A DNA stretch of 64,000 nucleotides from an uncultured archaeon (GCA_964388035.1 CAYLZE010000007.1:32001-96000); one strand, 5' to 3'; positions 29,555 through 38,887 are shown, counted from the first letter of the stretch. Program-made: numbers and translations. The notes: generated by a model not told the origin, from the sequence alone.

Positions 29555-29618
29555 ATGATTGTTCTGACCCATCTGATATTGGAGTTTTCAATAAATGAAG
29601 AAGATCTTGAGTTCTGAC
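29555..29618 (+). ncRNA. Putative box C/D guide sRNA; D guide predicted to direct Cm34 of tRNA-Leu(CAA)
   Basis: C-like ATGATTG, 11-nt guide, D' CTGA (29573), 7-bp hairpin, C' ATGAAGA (29595), 12-nt guide AGATCTTGAGTT, D CTGA (29614), then T-tract. Confidence 0.65.
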
Positions 29619-29753
29619 TTTTTTATTCCCTCTCCTTCTATATTAGAGGGAATAAGTCATTTCCCTTTACATTTTCCTTAATTTATAACACCAAACTTTT
29701 AATCAAACTAAATATGAATTTTATTAGACTTTTTTAATTAGGATGGAAAAAAA

Positions 29754-31943
29754 ATGCCCCGTCGAAAAGAAATTTCGGAAATATTAAAATTAATGGAAAA
29801 ACCCGCTTCAACAAGAAATTTTGGACTCATAGGACATATTGATCATGGTAAAACCACCCTTTCTGACTCTCTCTTGAGTGAAGCAGGGTTGTTATCTCCG
29901 GAATTAGCAGGAGAAGCTCGAGTGCTGGACTATTTAGAAGAGGAACAAAAAAGAGGAATTACGATGAAGTCTACAAATATCTCCTTATATTATGAAAAAA
30001 CTGCGGAAAAGTCTGAGCCGTTCTTGATAAATTTAGTAGATACTCCGGGACATTTAGATTTTAGTGGAAAGGTCACTCGGGCATTACGACTAATCGACGG
30101 TGTAGTGGTCGTGGTAGATGCTGTAGAAGAAATCATCACGCAATCAGAAACGGTCATTAAACAAGCATTGGAGGAAAATGTAAAGCCGGTCCTTTATATA
30201 AATAAAGTAGATCGACTCATTCGAGAATTGAGTCTCACGGATGATCAAATAAAAGAAAAATATGTTCGGATCATTAAAGATTTTAATACTTTAATTGAAC
30301 GTTATGCTGATGAAGCATTTAAAGAAGAATGGAAGGTTTCTCCTGCAAAGGGCACGGTTGCCTTCGGCTCAGCCCTTCATAAATGGGGGTTTACCTTAAA
30401 AATCTTAGAAAAAAGCAGCTTGAAATTTAAAGATATACGAGAAAGATACAAGAAAGAAACCATATCAGAAAGGAAGTATGAAGATCTTCCCGTATATTTT
30501 CCCATTCATGAAGCCATTTTGGAGATGGTAGTCAATCACATGCCAAATCCTCAAGAAGCTCAGAAATATCGTATTAAAAAAATCTGGGATGGAGACATGA
30601 ATACAAAAGCGGCTAAAGCCATGGTATCCTGCGATCCAAAAGGACCTTTAATAATTTGCTTGAGCAAAGTACAAGCAGATAAACATGGTTTGATCGCTAC
30701 CGGAAGAATATTTTCCGGTTCCTGCACGGAACGAAAAGAAATCTTCTTAATGAGAGAAAATGAGTATGGGACTATTCGAAGGGTAGCAATTTTTATGGGA
30801 CAGCGAAGAGAACAAGTGAAGAGCATTCCTGTAGGGAACATCGTGGCGATTGAAGGATTAAAGATGCTTAAAAGTGGAGAAACTCTGGTGGAACCGACAA
30901 TTCTCAATGAAATGGTACCATTTGAGAATGTAAAATATGTATCAACGCCTGTTGTTACTGTTTCTATTGAACCGGAGTATTTAAGGGAATTGGATCAAAT
31001 GAAAAGAATCATAGAAGAATTATTAATAGAAGATCCTAACCTAAATTTTGAAATTAATGAGGAGAATGGAGAATTCCTATTGTCAGGAATGGGCCCGCTC
31101 CATTTAGAAGTTACAACAAATGAAATAGAAAAAAGAGGAGTTAAAGTCTCAACATCTCCCCCGCGTCCCGTATTTAAAGAATCTTGCAAGAAGAATTCTT
31201 CGCTCATTGAAATTCAATCTCAAAATGAACAAAATAAGTTAAAAATTTATATTGAACGATTGGACGAAATAACCGTTCAATTTTTTCACAATACTAATTA
31301 TCACTCTATAAAACCAAAAGAATATCTTAAATCTGTTTTGAAAACGAAAACATCTCTCAGCGAAGAAGAAGTGCAAAAATTCTGGCAATGCGATGAAGAT
31401 CAAAATCTATTATTATGTGATAATTATGAACAACTGGATGAGTATATACAAAAAAATATCCTTGAAATAGTTCAGAAAGTTCATTTAAATGGCCCTCTTG
31501 CAGGTGAAAAGCTCACTCAGGTAAAGATTGCCATCAAGGAATTAACTTTAAACGACATCAATGAAGATACTGCTTTTACGGAATTATCTGCCCTATTATA
31601 CGAGGGAATAAAACAAGGGTTGAAAGAAGGAGAAATGATTTTCATAGAACCGATATATAGAACTGTTATTCAGATCCCCCCAGCATATATAAAAAATACT
31701 CTTACTATTTTATCTAAAAATGGTGGTAAAATTAAAACCATTAATCAAGAAAAGGAGTATCAAGCCAGCATTGAAGTACTAATTCCCGTTAGAAAATCCC
31801 TTACCTTTGCTGAAGATATTCGTTCTTCCACTTCAGGTCGCGCATTTTGGATGAATGAGTTTTACGCCTTCATGGAAGTACCCCCTCACGAAGCACAAGA
31901 AATAATCAGTACTTTGCGATTTAGAAAAGGATTATCCTGGTAA
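29754..31943 (+). CDS. Elongation factor 2 paralog (aEF-2p-like), diphthamide motif absent
   Basis: GHIDHGKTT, RGITM, DTPGH, NKVD, GMGPLHLE, IRSSTSGRA; the domain IV HRG loop is replaced by NDINEDTAFTE. Confidence 0.85.
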   Translation: MPRRKEISEILKLMEKPASTRNFGLIGHIDHGKTTLSDSLLSEAGLLSPELAGEARVLDYLEEEQKRGITMKSTNISLYYEKTAEKSEPFLINLVDTPGHLDFSGKVTRALRLIDGVVVVVDAVEEIITQSETVIKQALEENVKPVLYINKVDRLIRELSLTDDQIKEKYVRIIKDFNTLIERYADEAFKEEWKVSPAKGTVAFGSALHKWGFTLKILEKSSLKFKDIRERYKKETISERKYEDLPVYFPIHEAILEMVVNHMPNPQEAQKYRIKKIWDGDMNTKAAKAMVSCDPKGPLIICLSKVQADKHGLIATGRIFSGSCTERKEIFLMRENEYGTIRRVAIFMGQRREQVKSIPVGNIVAIEGLKMLKSGETLVEPTILNEMVPFENVKYVSTPVVTVSIEPEYLRELDQMKRIIEELLIEDPNLNFEINEENGEFLLSGMGPLHLEVTTNEIEKRGVKVSTSPPRPVFKESCKKNSSLIEIQSQNEQNKLKIYIERLDEITVQFFHNTNYHSIKPKEYLKSVLKTKTSLSEEEVQKFWQCDEDQNLLLCDNYEQLDEYIQKNILEIVQKVHLNGPLAGEKLTQVKIAIKELTLNDINEDTAFTELSALLYEGIKQGLKEGEMIFIEPIYRTVIQIPPAYIKNTLTILSKNGGKIKTINQEKEYQASIEVLIPVRKSLTFAEDIRSSTSGRAFWMNEFYAFMEVPPHEAQEIISTLRFRKGLSW

Positions 31944-31946
31944 AAA

Positions 31947-32113
31947 TGCGCCCGCCGGGAATTCCGTTCGACTCGAAAAGAGCGCGAGCTTCGAACCCGG
32001 GTCACTGGCTCTTTCCGCTATTTTTCATGCAAGAATAGGCAACAGCATGGGAAGCCAGCATAATACCGTTATACGAGAGGTGAGAAATGTGACCTCTTCT
32101 ATACAACGAGCGC
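31947..32113 (-). tRNA. tRNA-Gly(CCC) with three introns (15/16, 37/38, 59/60)
   Basis: Exons 32113-32099, 32068-32048, 32010-31990 and 31960-31947 join to a 71-nt cloverleaf GCGCTCGTTGTATAGCGGTATTATGCTGGCTTCCCAAGCCAGTGACCCGGGTTCGAATCCCGGCGGGCGCA. Confidence 0.9.
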
Positions 32114-32166
32114 CTTAGAGATTTAATATTAATTTTAATATAATCGTCTGTCATAATTAAACCTTA

Positions 32167-33750
32167 TTATCTTCTTTCTTGAGAGAAGTTAAGGATATAA
32201 TTTTTAACTAAATAATTTGGAACAGCGAATTCGGCAGTTCCTCTTTCAATTGCTTCTCGGGGCATTCCATATAAAACAGCCGTTTCACTTGATTCTGCAA
32301 TAGTTTTTCCTCCTGCCTTTTTGATGGCACCCAAGCCTGCAACTCCGTCCGCCCCCATTCCGGTGAGCAGAATGCCCATGGCTCGATGTTTAAAAACTTT
32401 TGCAACAGAATAAAATAAAACATCGATTGAAGGCAGACAATAGTTTACAGGGGTTCCCTTATAAATTCTAATACTTGGCTTTAGTCCAGATAAAGTAATC
32501 TCCATGTGCCTATTCCCTGGGGCAATGTATACATTTCCAGATTTGATTTCTTGGTTATTTTGGGCAAGGTGTATTGTCATTTTACCAAAATTGTTTAAAA
32601 ATTGAACAAACGAATCAACAAATCCTGCATTTAAATGCTGTACTATTAAGATAGGGCAGGATAAATTTCCAGGAAGCTCTTTAAGGATTGATATTAATGT
32701 TCGAGGGCCGCCAAGGCTCGCACCGATTGCAATTATATTTGATTTTAACTCAATGGTATCCGGATGTTGACTTGTCTGAGAAGAAGGGAATTCTTGGGTG
32801 ACCTGATTCTCGAGTGAAGCATATAAAGCTTTTAAAGGTGATGCACTTTTTTCCTGTACTTTTTCCTCGAGTTCTTTATTATTATCGAGGATTATTGATA
32901 TTTCATCAATCTGAATTTGAGGAGGAGCAGAATTCCTCTTTTTGGAGCTTACTTTTTTAATTATGGGCTGCTTTCTTTCTTCTTTTTTGAATTCAGTTTG
33001 ATGAGCTTTCTCAATATTTTTTAACTTTTTTATAGAAATTTGGTTTTCATTTTTGAAGTAAGAAAGAGGTTTTTTCTCGGCAGAAATTTGTTGAAATATC
33101 TCATTAACAAGCTTTTGTCTTAAAGGCAAAAAAGAATTGCTTTTTGATGCATTCTTTTTTTCTTTTGAAATTAAAGAGTTTGTATCCATCTCTATTTCTT
33201 GACTATCACTTGATTTCCATCGAGTAGATCCAAAAAGTGGATGGGCCCTATTGAGATACTGCCCGAATTTGAAAATATCATTGATATTGCGTTGCCTTAA
33301 GGTTTGTAATTTTTTAACTTTTAATTCTTTGGTATCATACACTCTTTTTATTTGCGATTGACAGGCCAAAATTACTTTATTCAATAACTCTTCTTTAAAA
33401 TTGGGAACCTCCATTGCACCCAAACCTCCTGGTTTAATAATATAATCAAAGGCTCCTAGTAATAAGGCTTGGACACTGGCGTTCATATTTTTTGGATTTA
33501 TTGCAGATAATATAATCGTTGGCAAGGGATTTTCTTCCATGATTTCTCTAAACGCATCTAATCCACTCAATAGAGGCATGATGAGATCCAAGAGCAAAAC
33601 GTCTGGTTTGTGTTCTTTAACTTTTTCAATGGCCTCTAATCCATTTTGGGCTTCTGCTATAACATTTATCTCAATTTGACTTGATAAGATGTTTCTCAAG
33701 ACTTTTCTCATGAATTTAGAATCATCCGCGATAATTACCTTTATCTCCAT
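32167..33750 (-). CDS. cheB: Chemotaxis methylesterase CheB with ~200-aa linker
   Basis: Receiver domain (ADDS, LLDLIMP, IKP) plus esterase (IGASLGGP, VQHL, PSIDVLF, LTGMGADG, YGMP). Confidence 0.93.
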   Translation of the reverse strand: MEIKVIIADDSKFMRKVLRNILSSQIEINVIAEAQNGLEAIEKVKEHKPDVLLLDLIMPLLSGLDAFREIMEENPLPTIILSAINPKNMNASVQALLLGAFDYIIKPGGLGAMEVPNFKEELLNKVILACQSQIKRVYDTKELKVKKLQTLRQRNINDIFKFGQYLNRAHPLFGSTRWKSSDSQEIEMDTNSLISKEKKNASKSNSFLPLRQKLVNEIFQQISAEKKPLSYFKNENQISIKKLKNIEKAHQTEFKKEERKQPIIKKVSSKKRNSAPPQIQIDEISIILDNNKELEEKVQEKSASPLKALYASLENQVTQEFPSSQTSQHPDTIELKSNIIAIGASLGGPRTLISILKELPGNLSCPILIVQHLNAGFVDSFVQFLNNFGKMTIHLAQNNQEIKSGNVYIAPGNRHMEITLSGLKPSIRIYKGTPVNYCLPSIDVLFYSVAKVFKHRAMGILLTGMGADGVAGLGAIKKAGGKTIAESSETAVLYGMPREAIERGTAEFAVPNYLVKNYILNFSQERR

Positions 33751-34016
33751 TGAATTTCACGCCAAATTCATTCTCATTTTTAATATTTTCTGGATGAAGG
33801 GATTCCCGCGCATTCTTGGATACCTCTCTATGAAAGGGTTTAGTTCATACCATGTATCAATTTAGCTTTCTATAATATTTTTAAATTTCACTGTAATTGA
33901 ATATTTTTTATTACTCTAATTTAGATTTGGTTAGATTTTAATCTTAAAATGCTCGAAGAATCTTTGATCAATTTTTTTATAATGTAAGTCATGAAACCTT
34001 GTACATCCCTGATCGC

Positions 34017-34970
34017 TTAGATGCAATTTGTAGCTAAAAAAGTGAATACCTCGTCTAATCCTTCTCCTGTGTGAGCAGAGGTTTCAAAAAAAAAACAATT
34101 ATTATGAGATGCAATGCTTTCTGCCTTTTGCTTAAGTTGGTCTCTATTTTTGGCTAAATCTATTTTATTTCCCACTAATAAATAAGTCACCGCCTTATTT
34201 CCAACAAATTGCCGAGCTTCTTCAATCCATTCATTAATCGTGTTTAAAGTTTCTTCACGAGTATAATCAAATAGAATAATTACCGTATTTGCATCATTAT
34301 AGAAAAATCTTCTAACCTTAGAAAAGCTTTTAAGCCCTCCCAAGTCAAAAAATATGAGACATATCTTTAATCTATTAGTTATTTGTAATTCTTTTTCTGC
34401 TAGAGAAACTCCTATCGTCGGCTTATAATTATCTATAAATTCGCCATTGATGTACATGTTTAATAGACATGTTTTTCCACAATTTTCCGGACCAATTAAT
34501 AAGAGTTTATTTACTTTACTTTTTCCCTCATCGGATACATCTATATCCTTGGGAATAAAATTACCGGTAGAATTTAATTTGGGTAATTCTGTGGATGTCT
34601 GAATATTATTTAGAATGAGGGAGACCTTCTCTGCTACTAAGTAAGAATATGAAGTTAAACTCTCTATTTTTGAATAGGGGTCAGCAACTAGTACAAATAA
34701 CCCAGTGCCTCCCAGTTCTAAGTAAAACAACCTAAACTCATTTGTGTCAAACGTGCCACTTCCGTAGGAAGTCTCAGCAAATCTTTTAATTTTGCTTAAT
34801 GTTTGTTCCAAAACGCTCATGATAGCTCCAATTATCTCCTCATTAAAGCCTTCTACCGATTGTTGTGCAATAATTAAACCTTCCAAATCAACTACTAGCG
34901 CAGCTTGGAGATCACTAGCTTCATTAAGCAAATTTGCTAATAATTCGTTTAATAAGGGAGCTTTTTGCAT
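34017..34970 (-). CDS. Roadblock/LC7 domain fused to Rab-like small GTPase
   Basis: N-terminal LQAALVVDLEGLIIAQ roadblock; GPENCGKT, PTIGV, DLGGL, NKID, ETSA. Confidence 0.88.
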   Translation of the reverse strand: MQKAPLLNELLANLLNEASDLQAALVVDLEGLIIAQQSVEGFNEEIIGAIMSVLEQTLSKIKRFAETSYGSGTFDTNEFRLFYLELGGTGLFVLVADPYSKIESLTSYSYLVAEKVSLILNNIQTSTELPKLNSTGNFIPKDIDVSDEGKSKVNKLLLIGPENCGKTCLLNMYINGEFIDNYKPTIGVSLAEKELQITNRLKICLIFFDLGGLKSFSKVRRFFYNDANTVIILFDYTREETLNTINEWIEEARQFVGNKAVTYLLVGNKIDLAKNRDQLKQKAESIASHNNCFFFETSAHTGEGLDEVFTFLATNCI

Positions 34971-35063
34971 TTTATGAACGGATATGTTTTTTCTTGCAAT
35001 GGTAATAAAAGTAATTCTTTTTAAAATTCTCTAAATAGAAAAGTCGAAAAACAAAATAATATT

Positions 35064-35077
35064 AAAAAAAAAAAAAA
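35064..35077 (-). terminator. Oligo-U (14 T) tract just after the stop of the LCIB-like gene
   Basis: A14 on plus strand, 7 nt downstream of the stop at 35085; U-tracts are the usual archaeal termination signal. Confidence 0.5.
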
Positions 35078-35084
35078 GAGATGT

Positions 35085-35885
35085 TTAGTTTCTGGGATAA
35101 GAGATATCTTTCATTATAAAGATATCTTGGGAACCAAGGTTCACGGTTATACCAGAAATTTTGGCTATATCTCCTTTAAAATGTTCCTTTTCTTTCATTA
35201 GAAATTCATTTATCATTTGATTTGCTTTATTCATGACCAAATCATAGTTTAATTTAAAGAGGTTGACAACCTGTAAGTTTTCATCTTCAATGGCTAATAT
35301 GTCGCTAAGTCTTGGAGCATAATTATTGATCAATTCACCATGGAGAACCATCCTCGTTGGATCCATGTTGGAATTATCGGGAGCGATTTTAAAATCTTCG
35401 GGACTTCCCGCTTGCTTTAATGCAGCCAAGAATCCCATCATTGCCCCGCAAGAAGAAGTAAGGTTTTGTTGCCCCGGTCGAGCTAGTTTTCCATAGATAT
35501 ATTCTCCTTGCTGATTCTTAATAAGACCCACATGAGGACTAATAAAAAAGATCAAGTTCCCGTGCTTTTTTTCCCCATTAGATTTGTTGTCTGGAGAGTG
35601 GTGCGAAGCGGCAGTTATTCCTGAAACACCCCCCATCGGATAGGCGCCTAAGCCTCCCAAGTGAAACTCTCCGTTATAATTTGAGGTTAATGCATTTTCC
35701 ACGGAATCCACTTCATCAATTCTATTCACATCGTCTGGACAAACTGAAAAGACGAGTCTAGAGTTATGCTTCTCAAGTCCATGATCCGTCAAGTTTTTCC
35801 TAACTTCAAGCATAAAATTGTTAATTGAAAGGATTTTTCCCCAATTTCCATAAGTTTTATTTAATTCATTAATGAATTCGTTCAA
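35085..35885 (-). CDS. LCIB/LCIC-family beta-carbonic anhydrase-like protein
   Basis: SVCPDDVN, FHLGGLGAYPMGGVSG, SHHSPD, PHVG, RPGQ..SSCGA (Cys/His/Cys zinc ligands). Confidence 0.8.
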   Translation of the reverse strand: MNEFINELNKTYGNWGKILSINNFMLEVRKNLTDHGLEKHNSRLVFSVCPDDVNRIDEVDSVENALTSNYNGEFHLGGLGAYPMGGVSGITAASHHSPDNKSNGEKKHGNLIFFISPHVGLIKNQQGEYIYGKLARPGQQNLTSSCGAMMGFLAALKQAGSPEDFKIAPDNSNMDPTRMVLHGELINNYAPRLSDILAIEDENLQVVNLFKLNYDLVMNKANQMINEFLMKEKEHFKGDIAKISGITVNLGSQDIFIMKDISYPRN

Positions 35886-36152
35886 TTTTATTCTTCCCCT
35901 AATTTGTTAATTAAATTTTTTATACTAACTTCATTGAAAAAGATTTTTTATTTATAATTTTTGAAAAACAAAACACCATATTCGGGATCAGATTGAAATT
36001 TATTATTATCGTTAAAGATAACGTTGAAAAATTAAATGGTTCTGTCTCATAGTTGATCTGATTGAATGATAATTCTCCTTTCAAATTAATTTGGCTTAAT
36101 TCATACTCCGGTAAAAATATCGAATGAAAATTAGAATAGCAAATAATGCTTA

Positions 36153-36602
36153 TTATGGGAGAGGTTTACCACAATTCGAACATTTCTTAGCAAAACTGGG
36201 GTGAACCATTCCGCAATGACTACATGTTTTAATGAATGACTTTCCATAATTAAAATCGAGAGATACAGGTTCATGGGCTTTAATTTTCTCACTTTGGATA
36301 TCAGAAGTGATATCCTCCATTAACTTTCTTCGTCGCCGTTCTCTTTTTATTTTATCCTCCTTTGTCGGAAACAACTGAGAATAAAGTCCTTTTTGTTTCC
36401 TTCGCTTCAATAAAAATCCTCCGACAAAAAGGAACAGGAAGACTATAATTAAAATAGAAACAATGGGATTGGTATTTAATTCCGTTAGATAAATATATAG
36501 AATATAAAGAATGATGATATTGATCAATAGAATTAGAATCTCCACTACTATTTGTTTACTGTATTTCTTTTTAAGTTCTTCCCGATTTTCTACTTCATTC
36601 AT
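36153..36602 (-). CDS. Two-TM membrane protein with C-terminal zinc ribbon
   Basis: Two hydrophobic helices; CSHC...CSNC; follows atpI by 32 nt. Confidence 0.7.
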   Translation of the reverse strand: MNEVENREELKKKYSKQIVVEILILLINIIILYILYIYLTELNTNPIVSILIIVFLFLFVGGFLLKRRKQKGLYSQLFPTKEDKIKRERRRRKLMEDITSDIQSEKIKAHEPVSLDFNYGKSFIKTCSHCGMVHPSFAKKCSNCGKPLP

Positions 36603-36634
36603 TCTTTCATTTATCTCATTTTTTGGAGTTAGTA

Positions 36635-38869
36635 TTATAAGTACTTGTTGATAATATACTCGCGAGCTCTTTCAATATTTTCTTGCGCTTTTTTAATAGT
36701 GATTTCTTTTTCGATTTCTTCAGAGATTACATCTACCTCATAATCCGTGGTTATTACTATATTTGAGAAATCGCTCTCCAAGTAGAAAGGATAAAACTCG
36801 GTTCCTGTGCCTTGGTAGAATTTAAAGAAAAATTCATAGAAATGTAACCTCAACGCATTGATGAATGCCAATAAGCCCTCCAGTAAAATAACCATGACAT
36901 TTCCAAGAATTAACCCTATCACTTTGAAAATTTGCGTTAATATACCCGTAGCAGTAAAGAGGCCTATAATGGCTTCAATAGTAAACATTAAAGCAATATG
37001 TGCTAAGGCGAGAGCTAATAATCGGATATAGGAAGCCACGTTACTTAAAACCGATAAAAATGTCTCAAAAGTTTCGAATGAACCCTCACCAAATAAGCTA
37101 CTATAAGATTCGATATTCAAATATGATACTTTAAGAGCTTTTCCCAAAGGTTTGAAGAATATCAATAAAATTCCAGGTATTATCGGTAAAAGGATAGGAA
37201 ATGGCTCCGCGAACCAAGCATTTAAATTAAAACCCCATACAAATAATAGAATAGTACCTCCCGTAAGAAGAAAAATCTTAGTTAAAGAATCAGTAAATGC
37301 TAAATATCTTCTTTTTTGCCTCCAATAGTTAAGAAATTGAATTGACCAGCCAAAATTGATTTGAACAACCCCAACTAAAAGAGCGAACTTTAAAACCATG
37401 GTGATATTATTTAATGGATTATAGAGAGTAAGAGACCCAATATGTACAGGAACCAGTTGATAACCGAAAATATGGTTTTGTCCAAAGAATTCTCCATAAA
37501 GAATTCCTGCCAAAATTGCTCCCCATCCACAATAAAAAATGATCCATGAAAAATTTCTCAGATTTTCACTTTTTTTCCTAAAAAGAATTCCTCCCATTAA
37601 TCCTGCTATGACCAAACAGAGACCATGACCAATATCTCCAAACATCAAACCAAATAAAAACGGAAAAGAAATAGCGATAAAGGGAGTGGGATCGGTCTCA
37701 CCATATGCGGGGACTCCATACATTTTCACTAGCGTTTCAAAAGGGCGAATTAAGAAGTTATGTTTCATAATAGTAGGCGTTTCTTTTCTTAAATCTTCCT
37801 CTTCCTCTTTCTTTCGAAATTGTGGGACTTTTCCATCTTTTCCTTCTTTTTTAATTATCTCCGCTTCCGTGATTTTTTCTCCTTTCTCAATATTAACAGC
37901 ATCCACAATAATTTTATCTTTAAACGCTTTTAAGAGCCGATCTTTCACCTGTGTTTTATCCCTTGCAGGTATAAAAAACTTGAGAACGAAGGTCGTTGGA
38001 GATACTGCTTCAAACTGACGCTGGACCCAAAAATAATCTTCAATATTTTTAATGACCTCTTCAATTGCGGCGAATTTTAAAAGGTTTTCATTTCTAATTC
38101 GTTGCACTTCTAGTTCATATTTCGTTAATGTTCTTTCGATGTAATCAATTTCCTTGTAAATGCGCTCAAAATTAATTTTATCATACATTAAATATTTCTT
38201 ATAAATGTGTATCTCTTCTGCATGAATTAATTTAATTCGTTCATTTAATTCATTTTCTTTATCTTTCGGATAAACAATAAATATGATGATCCTATCTTCT
38301 GAGGTTTGTTCCCATTGATATACATTAGGAAATGCTTCAAAATCAAACAGGTTCACTAAATTTTCAATATTTTTCGTGAAAGTGGTATACACCCTAAAAT
38401 TCAATTGGGAAAAATAAGATAAACTAAACCGATTTAAATTATAATTTTTCAGAAAAGAATAACATTTTTCATTAATTTTAACGTTTTCAAGCTCTATTCG
38501 AGCTTTAGCAATATAACGTTCTAATTCATTAATTCTGTTAGAATAAAAATTTACTTCTTCCAGCGTATGATTAATTAGATCATCCAGATTTTTACCGGTA
38601 AATGTTTCTTTTTGTTCAACCTTTAATTGATCAAAATCAGACTGTTTTATATTTAGTTTTTTTAGTAAGGTATCAGAAATTTGTCGTAATTTCTTAATCC
38701 TATCTAAACTGGATTGATCCTCCTTAGTTTGCTTCTCCTCTCTTTCTAATTGATCCAATCTCTCTTTGATGTGAACATCATGGATTTGAGAAAGTTCATT
38801 TAATAGTTGATCCTTATATATCCGACCAATCGTTATACGGAACAAACTCATGTAATTTTGTCCTGGCAT
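36635..38869 (-). CDS. atpI: A/V-type ATP synthase subunit I (a)
   Basis: YGVPAYGETDPTP, FGLMFGDIGHG, SYIRLLALALAH (essential Arg), LRLHFYEFF. Confidence 0.95.
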   Translation of the reverse strand: MPGQNYMSLFRITIGRIYKDQLLNELSQIHDVHIKERLDQLEREEKQTKEDQSSLDRIKKLRQISDTLLKKLNIKQSDFDQLKVEQKETFTGKNLDDLINHTLEEVNFYSNRINELERYIAKARIELENVKINEKCYSFLKNYNLNRFSLSYFSQLNFRVYTTFTKNIENLVNLFDFEAFPNVYQWEQTSEDRIIIFIVYPKDKENELNERIKLIHAEEIHIYKKYLMYDKINFERIYKEIDYIERTLTKYELEVQRIRNENLLKFAAIEEVIKNIEDYFWVQRQFEAVSPTTFVLKFFIPARDKTQVKDRLLKAFKDKIIVDAVNIEKGEKITEAEIIKKEGKDGKVPQFRKKEEEEDLRKETPTIMKHNFLIRPFETLVKMYGVPAYGETDPTPFIAISFPFLFGLMFGDIGHGLCLVIAGLMGGILFRKKSENLRNFSWIIFYCGWGAILAGILYGEFFGQNHIFGYQLVPVHIGSLTLYNPLNNITMVLKFALLVGVVQINFGWSIQFLNYWRQKRRYLAFTDSLTKIFLLTGGTILLFVWGFNLNAWFAEPFPILLPIIPGILLIFFKPLGKALKVSYLNIESYSSLFGEGSFETFETFLSVLSNVASYIRLLALALAHIALMFTIEAIIGLFTATGILTQIFKVIGLILGNVMVILLEGLLAFINALRLHFYEFFFKFYQGTGTEFYPFYLESDFSNIVITTDYEVDVISEEIEKEITIKKAQENIERAREYIINKYL

Positions 38870-38887
38870 TGTTTTATCCCTAACTGT

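Noticed and set aside
33751-34016. Protein-like fragment (IDTWYELNPFIERYPRMRGNPFIQKILKMRMNLA) upstream of cheB as a pseudogene
   Set aside because: Short, interrupted by stops, no recognisable homology
35986-36068. Imperfect direct repeat GATCAGATTGAA / GATCTGATTGAA
   Set aside because: Only two copies in AT-rich DNA; no supporting structure
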